NCBI GenBank assembly: GCA_000002435.2
Contig: CM018790.1
From: Giardia intestinalis
Lineage: Eukaryota
Direction: 5' to 3' (one strand)
Length of the DNA: 64,000 bases
Below, piece by piece: positions 28,876 through 43,800 of this stretch (position 1 is its first letter; every line of letters starts with the position of its first letter). The notes below the pieces were generated by a model. That model had not been told where the DNA came from and made no database searches. It saw nothing but the letters and a program-made list of their open reading frames with translations. The position numbers and the translations under genes are program-made.

Positions 28876-31800
28876 CTAGAGCACTTTAGCTACAAAGCAC
28901 GGATGTCTAGACTTCCACTCCTCGCTGGGTATCTCTGTTTTGTTTGGAATGTAAACTATGGGTGCACAGTAACCACCTATCTTGAGAGGAACCGGAACAA
29001 TGTTCTTTGGAAGGCGCATGTGACGCTTGTTCAGAGACGGCTCCTTCTTTCCCATTGCGTCGTCTATGATGGTGCAGCACGCGTACAGATCAAAGCAGTT
29101 GCTAAATCCTTGCCCCTTTTCCGGTGATATATCGCAGATTGTGTCCAGAACCGGATCGTACGAGACCCCTAAGAGCTCCATGTTGCGGATGAGAATGTAG
29201 AATACCGGGCGTGGGTTTGTGGTGTTCTTGTCGATAAAGATACTGCCATCCTCTAATATACGTGGCATGGTTGTTGGCTTTTTCAGGAGTACAATAACCT
29301 TTTGGCGCACCAATGGAGATGTTGTCATGATGGAGGAGATGACGCGAAGATAGTTCAGTATATCGCCCAGAACTTTATAGTACACAGCCCCTGATACTAT
29401 CCAGTGATCCATAAAGGAGCCGAAACCGTATTGACCTGTGATCATTTTAAGAGCGCTGGTGCTGAACGTGGAAGGCAAAAGGCCGTTCAGAAGAACGTCA
29501 CCGCTAAGGAGCACTCCCGGGTACCCGAACTTGATTGCAGAGTAATTGTTGAGATTAATCAAATATGTCTTGAATATTTGGGGCATAGCCTTCATATCAC
29601 TGATTTGGTAGACCATTTTGCTTTTTCTTTCGATACTGAGGAAGCGACAGATAGTATCCGTAAGAAAGTGCGATGAGAATATGAGCCGATATGCCGTGTT
29701 AAGGTTCTGCTGGCCTAGAGAGGCCAGTAAGCACTCTTTGTCTTTCTGTGTCACACCCTGTTCATCGAAGAAGACGTGCCGCATGGTATCATACTGAACA
29801 AGCTGTGCATAGATAGACATTAAGTCAGGCATCTTAGCAACGTGTGTTGGGATCACTAGGTAGTGCTTTATGTTCTCCTTCTTTGGTGCCTCTCCGTTCC
29901 GCGTTGCAAGCTCCAACAATAGTGATAGTGAGTCGTCCTTAATTACATGGCCATCGGTACCAATCTTTTGGGAGCTAGAAGTCTCCTCTGCAGAGCCTCC
30001 TCTCTCAATGTTCCTGGCCACTGCGCCGTCGGCAGATGACACTGCAAGGTGTTTTTCGTAACGCTCGAGCTTTTTGTGTATCATGTTTGGGGCGTCAACG
30101 GTAACAACGGTCCTTCGACGCGGCTGCATTATGCCCAGCACGGACTTTTCAATAGAGTCAACGTACACCGGCTTTGATGGATCTAGGTTGTTGCTCGTCA
30201 TTTGGACACCCATTAGGAAGAAGTTATAGATGTTGTCTTCTTCTGGCATGAACGTTACTCCTCCATCTGCCATTCTAAAAAGAGTTGTGCTTTGTACCGA
30301 GGTTCCAGACATCTTTGAAACCGAGCTGGGTGTCTGGCTGACTGAGTCGTCAAAGTCATCCAGGGCCTCAGAAATCCCGCTAACAGAGCTCCGAGAGGAC
30401 GAGTACCTATTCGACTTTGAGGAGCGGAAGGAGCGGCTTTCGGAAAGGTGTTCTGATAGTGAGTCCCCATCAAACATGCTAGACTTCGCTGAGTTTGCCA
30501 TAGAGTTCATGTCGCTCGTCTCATCGCCATCGGAACTATAAGAGGAGCTTTCTTCCTGCTCTTTTTCGATTTTCTCATCGTTCTTTTTGGCTTTCATTTT
30601 CTCCTTGAGCTGCCGCATCAAGGTTTTGTCATAGAGCTCGATTTCTGTTGTCACCAGCCTAGTGAGGAGCACCTTCTGTATCGCGTCATGTCGTGCAAAC
30701 AACAGCTGACTCATGTACTCATTAAGTTTAGACAGATATTGAGAATCGAAGACAGACTTTGTTAAATCAAGATTGTACGTGAAATACGCAGAGTCTAACA
30801 TTGCAACCTGTCCAAAGTTGCGTGTATCGATTTGCTGATGCTTGGCAGTTGACAGGGCCTTCAGAATACACGACCCAATCACATTGACTACTTCGTAATC
30901 CGACGCCGCGATGGTGTCTCTCGTAAACAGAAACGCCTGCTTTAGGCACAAAAGTGACAGGCCGCGAAGAGAAATAGAGAAGTGAATACTCTTATTGAGA
31001 CTGCGTATTGTTTTCCCACCAAGGACCTTTAGCATAATATTGCCTACAACTGCAATAGACAGACAGATCGTGTGCGTAAACCCACCGACTAGGGTACTGG
31101 GGGATCGCAGATAGAAGAAGTTGGGCTTGGCGACAGCAATGAGCTTCGATATGGACATTGCAGTCTCATACTGGAGACTAGGGTCACCGTCCAGACCACC
31201 CACCTTTCCGGGTACAAAGATATTATGAGGCGTTAGACTAGATGGTATCAAGACAAATAGGGGATATGTAATGTCTGATCGATACAGTGTCTCTTTTTGG
31301 GCTAACATGCGAGTAAGGCTGTCGATCATGGTATAGCCGAGCAGCGCTGTTTCAACTGATACAACTATGATAGAGTTCTTTAGATCGTTTAGTGTTGGGT
31401 CACGAACAAAACGTATTGGAGCAGGCACAGACGGCAATCCGATCTGGGCGAGATTGAGTGCATACTCTAGCAGTATTTCAATGGCAACGCACGAATCATA
31501 GAAGATAATATCTACTATGAGCGGCGCTCTACTTGTGAGCTCTATGTTTTGGGACGCCATCTCTTTGAAGTATGCAAGTTGTTTAATAGAAACCTCGCAA
31601 AGCTCTGAGAGAGAATAAATTCCGTCACTTAGTAACTTTTCTGAAAACACGAAGAACTCTGGATTTTCTGAGCACAATGCGACCAGGTCTGCAAACCCTT
31701 CTGCTATCTTCGCAGATAATGCTTGCTTTTTGAGCTTAGATGTTGACGCAATTGAGAGAGGACCCATAGACGAGTCCTTCGAGCCTGCCCGGGCTACAAA

Positions 31801-34800
31801 GGCCGCAGTCTCTTGGCTGTACACGATTCCCGTGGCTCCAAAGTATGCGTTTGACGTTGAATTTTGATATAAGTAAGCCGATGAGTTCCCTACAAGAGAG
31901 TTCATGAAGCAGATGCAAGCGTTGGATGCATACGCAATGGTATGCGGTCGAAGTGCTACTGAGATACAATACACTGCAAAGATAACACTGCCCGAGGGTT
32001 CTAAGAAGTTTGGCGGAAGATTGATAATGGTGTGCTTCTTGGCAGCTTCTTGATAGATCTGTGCCTTGAGCCATTCAGCATGCGGCCCTTTCCACTCAAA
32101 CTTGGGGTTCTTCTGTGCATAGAAGGCCATGATAGCCAGAAAAGGATTTTCGGTGAGGGCAAGTGCTACAAAAGAGCTATGGTGCTGCGCAAACCAGGGA
32201 AGAGACTCTGCAATAATAGTGTTATATCGCGCCAGAACCGTAACGACAAGCCATGCATATGTGATTCGGGGGCTGATGGAACAGATTTCCGGTATCAACT
32301 CCGTCACATGCTCAAAGTTTGTTATTGCCTTTATCTGCGATCTCGTATAAATTTTTGTGAGGGGGAATCGACTATTAACAAGAAAGCAGTTTGCCAACTG
32401 CTGTATTGATATCATCTTGATAAAATCTGGGTAGGAGTTCTTTCCAATGACAGTAATTCCAAGGGAACGCTCCATGCTTGTCGAGTGCTTGTTCATGAGG
32501 TCCTGCTCAAATACATTAAGATTTGCAATGAAGAAGATTGATAGGGATGTCATTACACCAGCGGCAATCCGGGGCTCAAATAGACGAAACACGCGCTCAT
32601 TGATATATGGAAGAATACATGCTGCTAAAAATGAGGTGATGGCGGCTGGATTCTGCTTCATTGCATAGATAAACGGATATGACTCACGCATACTCATGAG
32701 TCCCTGGGCCTTAAGCTGCTCGGGCGTTAGTGCACCAGGCTTAGCTGCATTACCCTTGATCAGCATTTCTGTGTAACTTGCAACGGCTCGCTTAATGCGC
32801 AGGTGCAAGTCTGGCATAAAGTTATCATCGGCTAAGATAACCGACGGAGTGTGCACTTGTGCATAACGCCACATTATCTCTGCAACCAATGAGAGAGAGC
32901 GTCCAAGCTTCATAGCAATGCTTGTCCCTAAGGTGTCAACTATTGTACGCTGGAGGCATATGATGTTAATCTCCTTGTCAATATCTGGCTTATCAATGTC
33001 TTTCTTAATTAGGGTATCTATAAGGGCATATTTCCCGACAGCTGAAAAGGCAATGTCACGTCCAAGAGAGAAGATAGTGGTCAGAGCTTTCTCTTGATTA
33101 CTTTTCAAGGGAGAATCCTGCTTAAGACAATATGAAAGGCTCTGTGAATGTTGATGTGATGATTCGGCAGGCGTAGATGCAATGGTTCGAAGCGCTTGCA
33201 TGTCTGAGCAACTGGCCAAAAAGGTGAGGAGGTAGTTCTTAACGGAAAGGCTCAATCCAACAAGCAACTGTGATATGGCGGCATTACCAACTCGTGTGCA
33301 TTCGTCCGAAGACCTCCCTGCAGAGTTTTCCCCAAAAATGGATTCTATTAGTATACATGAGATCTTGTGAGCGTTTTCGGTCGGATACTCTGCCAAATCA
33401 ATTGTGTCCACTTCTTTCCTAGCAATTATCGAACACGGGCATGAGCATGAAAACATATCAAGGGTCGTTTGAGTCAGCATCCCCACGCGCATGCATGCAG
33501 TAGTGAAGTCTGTGCCGGGATAGAGGGAGAATACGACAGAATTGTTCCCGTTGTTGACATTTCTATTTATATAGAGTTTGCGAAGAAGAGAAATGTTTGC
33601 TCCGTTGGCGTTCGGGGCGCCGTAATTCAGAATAAGATACTTGTATTTATACCACTGTTCAGTCCCTGGGGCCACATCCCTCGCTTCACTAAACCGTTGC
33701 ATATTCTTCTGGATTGCTATGTCCAGTTCTCGTGAAAACTCTTCTGGTGGTAGCAGAAGATCCAGTTTGATGATATTCTTGGATATCTCGTCAATCAGCT
33801 CCATGCTTTTATCATCTTCTAGTCCATTAAGAGAGCTATTCAGGGCTTGCAAGTATCCAGTCCGCTTCCGCTTGCTTCTGTGGATCCCTTCTAGTAAGTA
33901 CGCAGCAGACAGCCCAAGGTGGCTGGGCACAACGTGTACGCAGCTGTTGATCATGTCAGACAATGCAACGCAGTCCAATGTCTGTCTGGCAGGGTCTGTG
34001 GGCTTCCACTCGACATTGAGCACTTTCAATATGATGTATGTCGGGAAGTCGATAGCCATGACCCTGATAATGTGATTCAGAAAGAAACTCTTGCCTGTCG
34101 TTTCGGCTGTGATAGAAATCATCATGGGGTCCTTGAGTAATTCGTCCATGGTTTTGTCAAAGCGATGGATATGCACAGGAATTCCATTATTATTCAGAAT
34201 AGAGACCATGGCAACGGTGAACGGGCTCAGACTGTTGTTCTCTGTATGCTTTTGGCAAGCTGCAAGGAGATCCTGCAGATATGGGGAGAGGTCACCACAT
34301 TCACCGTTTATCAAGCATTGCAAACACTTGTCTTCTGAGAGCCTATCGGTCTCGCTGAACAGCATATATGCAGAACATAGTAGTGCGTCTATATGCGCTG
34401 TTTGCACGACAGCCTCCATCACCATTATTTCTCGCTTGATAAGGTGCAGTAGAGAGTGCAGGAAATCCCTCATAATCACTGCCTCGGCGACCGCTGTTTG
34501 GATATTGTGATTGCGGGAGATGAAGCCCTTTTGGACTAGTCGTGTTGTGCCCGTATGCCGCTCAACAGATGAGACAGCATTTTCGACAATCCTGACCATA
34601 ACAGGTACAGTCAGTTTCGTTATCTCAATGATCTTGTGCTTCGTTTTGCTTGGCGCTGAAAGATACTCGTAAAAGAACAGCGCATTTGTAAGGATATCTA
34701 TATATTCAAAGAAGCTTCCTATTCGTTGATATATGGCATTTGTGAGCTGCGACGCCAATGCCGTAAAACGCATTAAAGAGACCGTGGGAACAGATGTGAA

Positions 34801-37800
34801 CCTACTTGCAAACTTGTAGATACTAATGGTTGCAGCTGCAAACGTGTGCTTGAATGCAGCCAAAAACTCAGTACGGTGATTGTTTCCTTTGCGGAAGATG
34901 TGGGCCGGGGGTTCATTAGGAAAGGTGCACCGAGATATATTGCAGATGCTGACTATATCTGCGAACGAGTACCTAATGAGATTCATCTTGTACTCTTCCT
35001 GCTTTGCCTTTATGTTCGAATTGCCCAGCAACAGCTGCTGCATATCGTGCATATGCTCTTCGTTGATAGATACACCTTGCATCCTAAATGACTCTAAGCC
35101 TGTCTCTATGTCATTTATCATTTCTATAGCAGGAGACTTTATGGAATTAAGCACAGGAACGCGGAGACTCTCTGAGTATAGTTGCGGCTTAACATAGGCA
35201 GAGCTATCCGACCCTAGGTACACGGCAGGGCCGACAGGAAGATCATCGACAATAATCACAGCTAGATTGATGCTTAGAAAACTGGCCAGCATGCGCCTAT
35301 CACACGTGAGATTCAAACCATACGATTGCGGGACTAGAGAACATATAACACCCATTTCTTCGGAGCTGAAGATGCCCTCCGCTGCATTCAAGGGCTCGAG
35401 GGTGCGGGTGAGCAGCTGGTAAACCGAGATTCCGGCAGCCCCCACCCTGCCAAGTGCCGACTTAGGAGCTATCACAGTTACATCGTGAGCCGATGGCAAA
35501 AGGAAGTCCTGCGCCTTCTCGCGCTTTTCCCTGGCAATAATCTGGTGAGGCTTGCCTCTAAGTCCAGACCATTCATTAATGGCCGGAGGAAGAAGAGAGT
35601 ACGCCCGTCCAGTTCCTATAGTGCGGGACGGAAGGCATGTCTCTAGAGCTGATTTGAAGCTGAGGCCCGTGGAAGGATTGAGTGGTGAGACGGTATCAGG
35701 ATAAAGAGCTTCTGGCTTTATCCCAAGGGCCAGGGCCATCGCTGTCCGTATCATGAGGAGCAGGAGCAGAAACTCATACTCCCTCATGTCAGCGTTAACC
35801 TTGTGCAACAAGTCCACGAAGTATTGGTTGAGAGGATCAGAGCTTACTATGACAGATGCGGCATCCAAAAGAACGCGCTGCTGAGTGCTACTGTTGTATA
35901 TGCTCCCAAAGCTGGAAACGGTAAACTTCTGGCAATTTGAGAGGGCGACAAGCTGGGAAAGAATTTCTGCATAGGACTGGAGCGTTCCGTTGGCGATGTT
36001 AATAGTATACTTAGCAGGCCGCAGACACATCATTGCAGCAAGGGAAAAGCCAGGAAACATAGCAGCCTTGTTAGGGTTCACCTTTGGCTTTGCCTGGAAA
36101 GAAATTCGCTGGGAAATCTCTTCTTCTACTGTTGCAGATGGACTGATAACAAGCGAAGCTGTTTGCTTCCGGAGTAGCCTGCGCCAGGAGCGAGTTTCTG
36201 CGTCGCAAATCGCAGATAGATATTCGCGAACATCTTGGTCCACATAGGTCGGCTGCTTTCCTGTGCGCATTGCTATTGTGTTCTGAACGTGGATATGTAT
36301 TTTTCCTGCGTAGGGAGCCGCTCTGTTGGCCAAGTAGATGCGTGTCCCATGAAACGGATCGTAATCATAGAAGTCCGAAAGACTCGATGTTGCAGGTCGG
36401 GGTGCAAAGTTATTTATCATAGACACAAACCTGGCCATGTTCATTTCTTTCTCTGTTTCAATAGTCACATAAAGATGAAAGACGCGCGAGAGCATGTATG
36501 GATCGTAAATAGGGAGTCTGCTGGCCAAGAGAAGAAAATGGCCAAACCAGAATGCATTGATCGTTGCGTATGACAATGCGATAAGCTCAGACGCATTAAC
36601 GTGGATTCCATCAACCTGGCAAAGTACACTGTTGAGCGTAGAGGCCATAAGAAGCGTGTTCTCTTTAACAAAGGGAGTGGTTTTCATAGACATGGAGGTC
36701 ATGCCCATAAACCTATGTGATGCTAGGGATTTGTGACCGAGGCGGATTCCGTGGTTGATAATGAACGCTTCCCAAGCGGGATAGAACGCGAAGTTTGATA
36801 TAAGCATCAGCTTTACGTCAGACCAAGGGCCCTCGCTTTTCTTCAACACTGTCGGGTGCATCTTTTTGACCTGCTCTGATCTATTGCCGGAACCTTCTTC
36901 TTTCTTGGATGCCTTGAGGCGTGGAGACTTAGAAGCCTTGGCCTTCTTCAGTTTCTCTGCGCGCCGTTGAGCTACTGCTTTCCCTACCGACTCGACATAC
37001 TCTTCATCCGTATCCAAATAGCCCAGGAAGCTTAGGCTCGCGAACCGCTCGATGACAGCGTCCATAAACTGGGCATCCATTTGGGCCATGCTGCGTAGCG
37101 AAGAAAATAGGCTATGGAGCGATGCTCGCAATAGCAGCTGATCATTATTGTACTTAATGATCATTGTGGGAGAGCACTCTTCTTTATCGATGCAATTATC
37201 TGCTCGAACGCTTTCTTCTTCCTCCCGGATGTGTAGCATCATCTTGTCTGGAACCACTGTAAGAGAATTCATTGTCATCACAAAGTTTTGATACATGTTA
37301 GAGAATACTGCATACGTCTCCGAGATAGAATTGGGCAAAGAGCCACGCACCAAGAAGTATCCGCTAACATATTGGGATATCCACGAGTCCGTTTGATGAG
37401 GAAATATGCGCTTACAAAGTCCATTCAGATACGCCTCAGTACACGGAGGCACTTCTATTTGCAGTCCGCAGTAACTTGTCAAGTTGTGATCTGCAGTACA
37501 CTCCACAATAATGGACATGTCTGAAAGGCTTATGGCACCTGTTTTGAGGTCGTACGGCATGTCCAGGTATATGGGGTGAGGCACCTCAGCGTTGGCGTCT
37601 AGTAGCAACATGTGGTCACGTAGCAGAAGCGCAAAGTGACCATTGATGGAAGCAGCTGGGTCAATATCACTGCAGTGAAAGTGGAGAGATGGGAAGCAAA
37701 GGGTGTCACAGTATTCTAGCACGGTGTTAGGAGAAGTGTTTTTCCCTATGTACGCATTCTTCCGCCGAGAGCTAGCAGCTGTGAGGTAATTGCGTTGAAG

Positions 37801-40800
37801 GCACCGAGATGAGAGAGAGCTGGCGATGGCATGTACGCTATTACTTGTTTGAACGTCGTTGAGAAGAAATGTGTCGGGAGCAAGTAAGTCACGGAATAGA
37901 AGCCTGGCCATATCTATAAGCCTAGACTTTCCACTGCCGCGCTGCCCGATCAGAGCCACAGTAATTGGGCTCAACATGGCGCATCCCAGAGCGACAATGA
38001 TTGCACAATGATGGGGACTGAAGACAGTGATAGTCGGATTGCTGCATTGAACGGAGACAGACTCTCCCTTGTCATAGTCATGAAGCTCCAAGTCAATAGC
38101 AGTTCTTTCATTCCGTGATAGTTTGGATAGCTTAGTGAGCTCCAGGTTCATGGCTTTCTTTGCTTGCTCTAGGTTGTCAGCGGTGTCATTGGACTCACTA
38201 GAGTCGCTCTCCTCTTGCTCCTTATCTTTGCTTAAGGTCTTGTCTGTTACCAGTTCTTCTTCGTCTGAAGAGGACATATAGAAGTCAACGTTGGCCGGCT
38301 TAATCAACCTCAGTGGCTTGCTGCTGTCCTGTGCTGCTGCAGATTGTTGAGTCTTGGACGCTGTTGTGGTAACTAACTTAGTAAAGAGGGCATCCTCTTT
38401 GGCATGTATAATCTTTGCGTGCTCTTCTGTTGCCTTTCTTTTAGCAACAGCAAGATTATGCTTTTTGCGTTCTACAAGGCGTGTAGTGATCATATCAATG
38501 CTCTTTTCCACGAAGGTCCTGTCACGAAACTCATGAATTCTTTTCATAATTCCGTGTCCGATTTCATAGAGCCGGAACTCCGCCTTGCAGAGATACTTTT
38601 TGTAGGAAACTGCCTTCTTGTTCTGCCCCAATCCGTACGTAAAATCTATGTATGAAAAACAGGAGTTTGCAATCGTACCAGGATTATAATTCTGCGTTGT
38701 AGATGACGACATGTTCACGGGAAACTCTTTAGGAAGCAATGCAACAACTTTTTTGCTGAAGGTGCGGAAGTTGCTTATTATTACCTCACTGGACAGACCG
38801 TGATTTAACGCCCCCAAGTCTAGCCTATACAGAGTGTCATAATGCTTCAAAAGACCTGGATGCACAAGTGGGGAGTTGGCCTCTAACAACAGAAGCGTGA
38901 CAAAGGGGCTGACGCCACAGTACATGGCCTGGGTCAACTTTTCTATGCTTTGAAATTCTGTAGTGAGAGCATCGTATTTCTTGCCTAGCCAGCGTGCATA
39001 GTTTGTGGTCCCCTTGCTGACCTTGTTCTTACCATCATCATAGGTTGTGACAAATAGGCTACATGCGTTCCAGAAAGCTATCACCAATGGTACAACTAGA
39101 TTTGTGAAGGCTTCGGCATGTGTTTCCGGACTGAAGACTGCTTCCAGCATAAAGCTACTACTCAGCTCATAGGCCAAGGAGCCACAGAAGCCCATTCCCA
39201 GTTGCAGGACATCTCTCTCTGCATTCATAAGTAGCGCTGTATTAATAATGGAAGTTAGGTTGGTGGTTCCCGACGATTTCTGTTTAACATGGTCGTCCAA
39301 CTCCTGTATTTCTTGTAAAGAGAACCCAGCAACGTCGAGAAATGGCCACACCTCATCCGCCAGAATTGTGTGAGAAGTTGATGTGAATGAGCTGTAGAAT
39401 GCCCTGTGTAACCGTTGCATATGCTGCTTTTGCACAAGAGCCTGCTTTGCAATAGCCTGAGCGGTCTTCACACCTGAAGACTCAGGCCCACAAATGGCCT
39501 TTTTAAGAAGCCGGGAGCTGGAAGAAGAACATGAATAGATGTTTGTAGTTGCTAGGATCTCCTTTGGAATTGTAACACCTATCGTATCTAGAAACGTGAG
39601 TATCTGGGCCCGCTGATCCAGAGTCATCCCAAATGGCTCTGGAAGCGAAGGAATTACAGACCCTGGTTGTTGCTTTGCAAGGGCTTCTTTCAACCGCATC
39701 AACACTTCGACACACTCGCGTACGTGGGACACGAGCGTAAATGCAAATGTTCCTGTAAATGCCATTGGCGAGCACCCGTCTTCATAGGCCTTGTGCTTAG
39801 CAATCTCGGAAACACGATTCTTCATCGCTTGGGGGGTTTCGCCCCGAGCCGCTTGGGAGTACTCCAGACTTTTAAGAAGAAACTGCGATGGTAGTGGTTT
39901 CCGCAAAATGGTGACAACGTTAAACCTCAGCAAGAAAAAGTAGAACATGGACCGAATAAGGAAAACCTCATCTACGCTACGCCCGCAATTGAATACGTGG
40001 GCCATGGTGTCATAAAGAAACCCGATGATGCTATTGATAAAGGTCGGAAGTACAGCGATCCTCTGGATCACACGGGTCATATATGTGGTCTGTTTGGAAG
40101 CAGTCGCCATGAGCGACTCCAATCCTTGCAACAGAAACAAGGCATCCCGAGACTCCACTTTCCTGCGTTTTAGTTCAGACTTCCATAAGTCAACATTCAT
40201 TTTAGCTATAAATCTTAGATGTGGTGTGTCAATGAATAGAGACCCGTGCAAAATCTTCCTACAACCATCGGATCCCTCGATGGATGGTAATAACACAACC
40301 CTGTGTGTAAATAAGTCAATCAACGGGCCGAAATCTTGAAGCATACTGATAGTTACACAGATCATAAAGTACGGTCCACGGCCAATGTCAAACTGGTAGT
40401 ACGTGCATCCGAACTCATCCAATATGATAGGGTAGTGGAGGGATGCACCAAAGAGCTGATCGAACATTCGCAATAGAGCATGCGAGGTGGGGGGCGCGAC
40501 AACAATCAAGTGCTCTGACTTTCGTGCCTTTTCCTGCTCCCCTGCCACCTTGCCTGGAATGGGCTCCAGTAGGCTCTCAGAACTCATGGCTGAATCACCA
40601 TATGTCAGTCGCTTCAGTGCGGCTCGCAATGAACGAGAGTCAGTGACATAGGAGACATCCCAATGCTTCACTGATGTTAGCACGGCAGTATATGCTCTAA
40701 TGTAGCTACTCTGGGGGACCACCGCTAGAAGAGGCCTCCCAGATTTTAGTAGCTCGTTGGCAAAGATGATATCAATAACAAATTGAGGCGCGAGCTGGTG

Positions 40801-43800
40801 CATCTGGCCAAATAGCGTTACATAATTAAGAAGTCGGGGAGCCAGATACTTAGATAGATGCTCGCTAAAATACTTGGCAAACGTTGATCGAGCATGGACT
40901 ACGCTTTGCACGGCGGTTGATGCATTGTATCCCATAGCCAATCCCAACTTGCCATCTGATGAGTGGTCGTGGAGGAGGTTGAGAGAAAATAGGCTGGCTT
41001 TAATGAAGTCCCAATAGGCCTTGCTGAGCTTATAAAGCTGGACAGTTGAGGTCTTGTCCAGTCCAAATGCAGATGAAATGATTCTGCAATACACCTCTAC
41101 CAGGTTGTCATTGGTCATGGGATGCAAGATAAAGCTAAGGGTTTGGCGCATGATCATATCAAGCGTGACGGCTGCCATGCAAAGCGCGTCTGTTCGTTCT
41201 TTCACGTGAGTGTAAACCATCGGGATGTCGCCCGCGACAAATTTGTATGTCAAGCCGCTGAACTGCCTCAGAAAGACAGATATCTCGTAGAAGGCCCGGC
41301 CATACTCTGGCGACAATCGGAGATAGAGGGCATCTGGGGACTCAATTTCCAAACTGATCACCCGTCTGATTCTAAATGGAGCAACAACCAGGTCGAGACG
41401 CTCGGACGCTGCATACGAGGAGGAATAATAATCAGTGACATTATTGGCCAAATAGTTGCTTTCATTGGTGAACGAGGTCTGCCCGAGCACAGGAAGAAGC
41501 ATATCCATACTAGTGGTGGTCGTATTAATAGGATCAACATAAAATACATCTTCCATACACGAAATCGGCGATAGTTCAGGTAAGAAAAACACTATGAAGC
41601 CTAGATTGGGGAAATCGGACATAGTGGCTCCTCTGGCAACTCCCGTGTCTTTGTCCATTACAACGAGCCCTGGGAGAGCCCCTTGCTTGACTCGCAAGTC
41701 ATTTGCCAAAGTGCATAGCTGTAATAGCTGCCAGCTTGGGAGATATTCAATGCCAACGACAATAGCTAAGCAGCCGTTTGCAACGGCCGACGACAATCTT
41801 TGGAGATTTGCGGCAAAGGTGTACTCGCTGAACGGGCAATATATTACGCGCATGAATAGGTACCGTGAAAGAGCTGTTGTAATCAAGTAGAGCTCCGTAT
41901 TGGAGTGCCCCTTTTCGCTGCTACAAACTAGGAATATAATCATGCGCTCAGATATAGCAGAGAAGATCTTGTTAAGAAGACCTAGTTGTCGGGGATTGAG
42001 CTTTAAAGTTGTGTCCAGAATAGTGGCTGCTCCAAGCCACTGTTGTGAGGCCTCAAAGGAATATGTTCCGTGTTCAGATGTAATGAAGATTTTGTTAGCC
42101 CCAGGCTGAAAGTAGACAAATGGAAAATGCACCGATGCAGACAACAATTGCATGCCCTTTGTTGACATAAATATACGCTTGCACTCAGTCAGCAAGTCAA
42201 ACCACTCGTGAAGCTTAGCTACGATAGCCTTTTTATGGATCGTTGGCTTGTGTGAGCAAATAACCTCCATCTCAATTGCTTTCCCAAAGTTCTTTAGAAG
42301 ATTCAGGAGAGGCATCATTGACTCTTTTGTGTGCTTTCCAGCAAATGCGTCACTAATCTCTTTTGAATATACTAATCTAATGTAAGAAGATAGTACTATT
42401 ATTGTAGAGCGAAAAAGAAAGTTGGAGAAAAAATTATCGAATATGGAGCAGCACTGTATTTGAACACCTATTATATCGTGTGGAGTAAGCGTGTGCAGCA
42501 CCTGTGGAGCGGTCAGTTGCTGAGGCTGTGTCGCTGACTGATTTGAAGAGTCGGGGTCTGACTCGGAAATTGCGATAAGGTGAGGATCATTTTCTAAGAA
42601 CCCTTTATAGTCATCACTACGCGAACGCTCATCTGGTTGGGATGTAGTATTAGAAGTATCTTGCTCACGCAAGGACTTCTCGATTGCATTGGTGTCGTCG
42701 CTGGACGAGCTATCATCAGATCCTATCTGTCCTCCAACCTTTTCCTGCATCCGCTTGCTAAGGGAATTGAGCTTGAATGATACTGAGTCTGTCTTCTGTT
42801 TAGTTGCAGTGTCGGGCACCATGCGTTCTTGTCGTAGCTTATTGAGCTCTGTTGCAAGAATTTTCTCATATCTCTGAATCTGATGATTAAATTCCTCCCA
42901 CGCTTTTGATATATTCTTCATTAGGGCGGGAGCAATGTTCCGAATTATTTTGTCTGAGACTAGAAACACGCCCTTTGGTAGCTCGATAGGCTCTAGCAAC
43001 TCTAGCACCTCATCCGATGATTCTAGAGCAGTAAGCTCACGTAGAGGCATGTTGGTCTCTTGGATATCTCCTGAGTGGGTTGCGTCAACGAGGGGTGGAC
43101 GTTGTGGAAGCAAGACGAATCCATCAACTCCACTCAGGACTTCGAAGTGTAAGCTTTGGACTGCTTTGAAGCAATTTCTCCGAATAAGGAACTCCCCACA
43201 ATATAGTATGGGAGTATTGCAGAAGAATAATGAGGAAGGATGGTAGTGATCATCGATCAGTGGCACAACTCTTTGGCACACTTTGGATCTTATCTGTGGG
43301 TTGGATGTGGCGACCTCATACCAGAGAGGCACCTCCATTGACGGATTTATGGATGCATTAATCTTTCGGAGATTAGTCAATATTCCATGATCGCGTACGG
43401 AGATAACTTTGTCATAGATCCTGTTTAGTCTCTTGCACAGTGTAGTAACGGCTTCATTGAAGGTTCTATCGAAAATGATCGAGAAAAGAGGCGTGAACGG
43501 TTTCGAAAGATATTTCATTGCCAGCTCCTTCCACTGGGAAAAAAGCTCCTTGAATGTGCAGAGATCTTCTTGTGAGATAAAAGTAACAGCTAGACCATCA
43601 TCAGTCAGAAACGGAGCTAGTTTCTCTCCATGTTGGGTGCTGATCGTTGTATATGTGCGGGTGTTCTTACTGAGACTTATGCATATACCGTACTTTGTCA
43701 CACACAGAAGGGCGTAGATGATGTGTGTGATACGGAACAAGGCCTTGTAGACGTAAAGCATGAGCCAGGCTCCGCACTCGAGATAGCGCGCCAATACCTC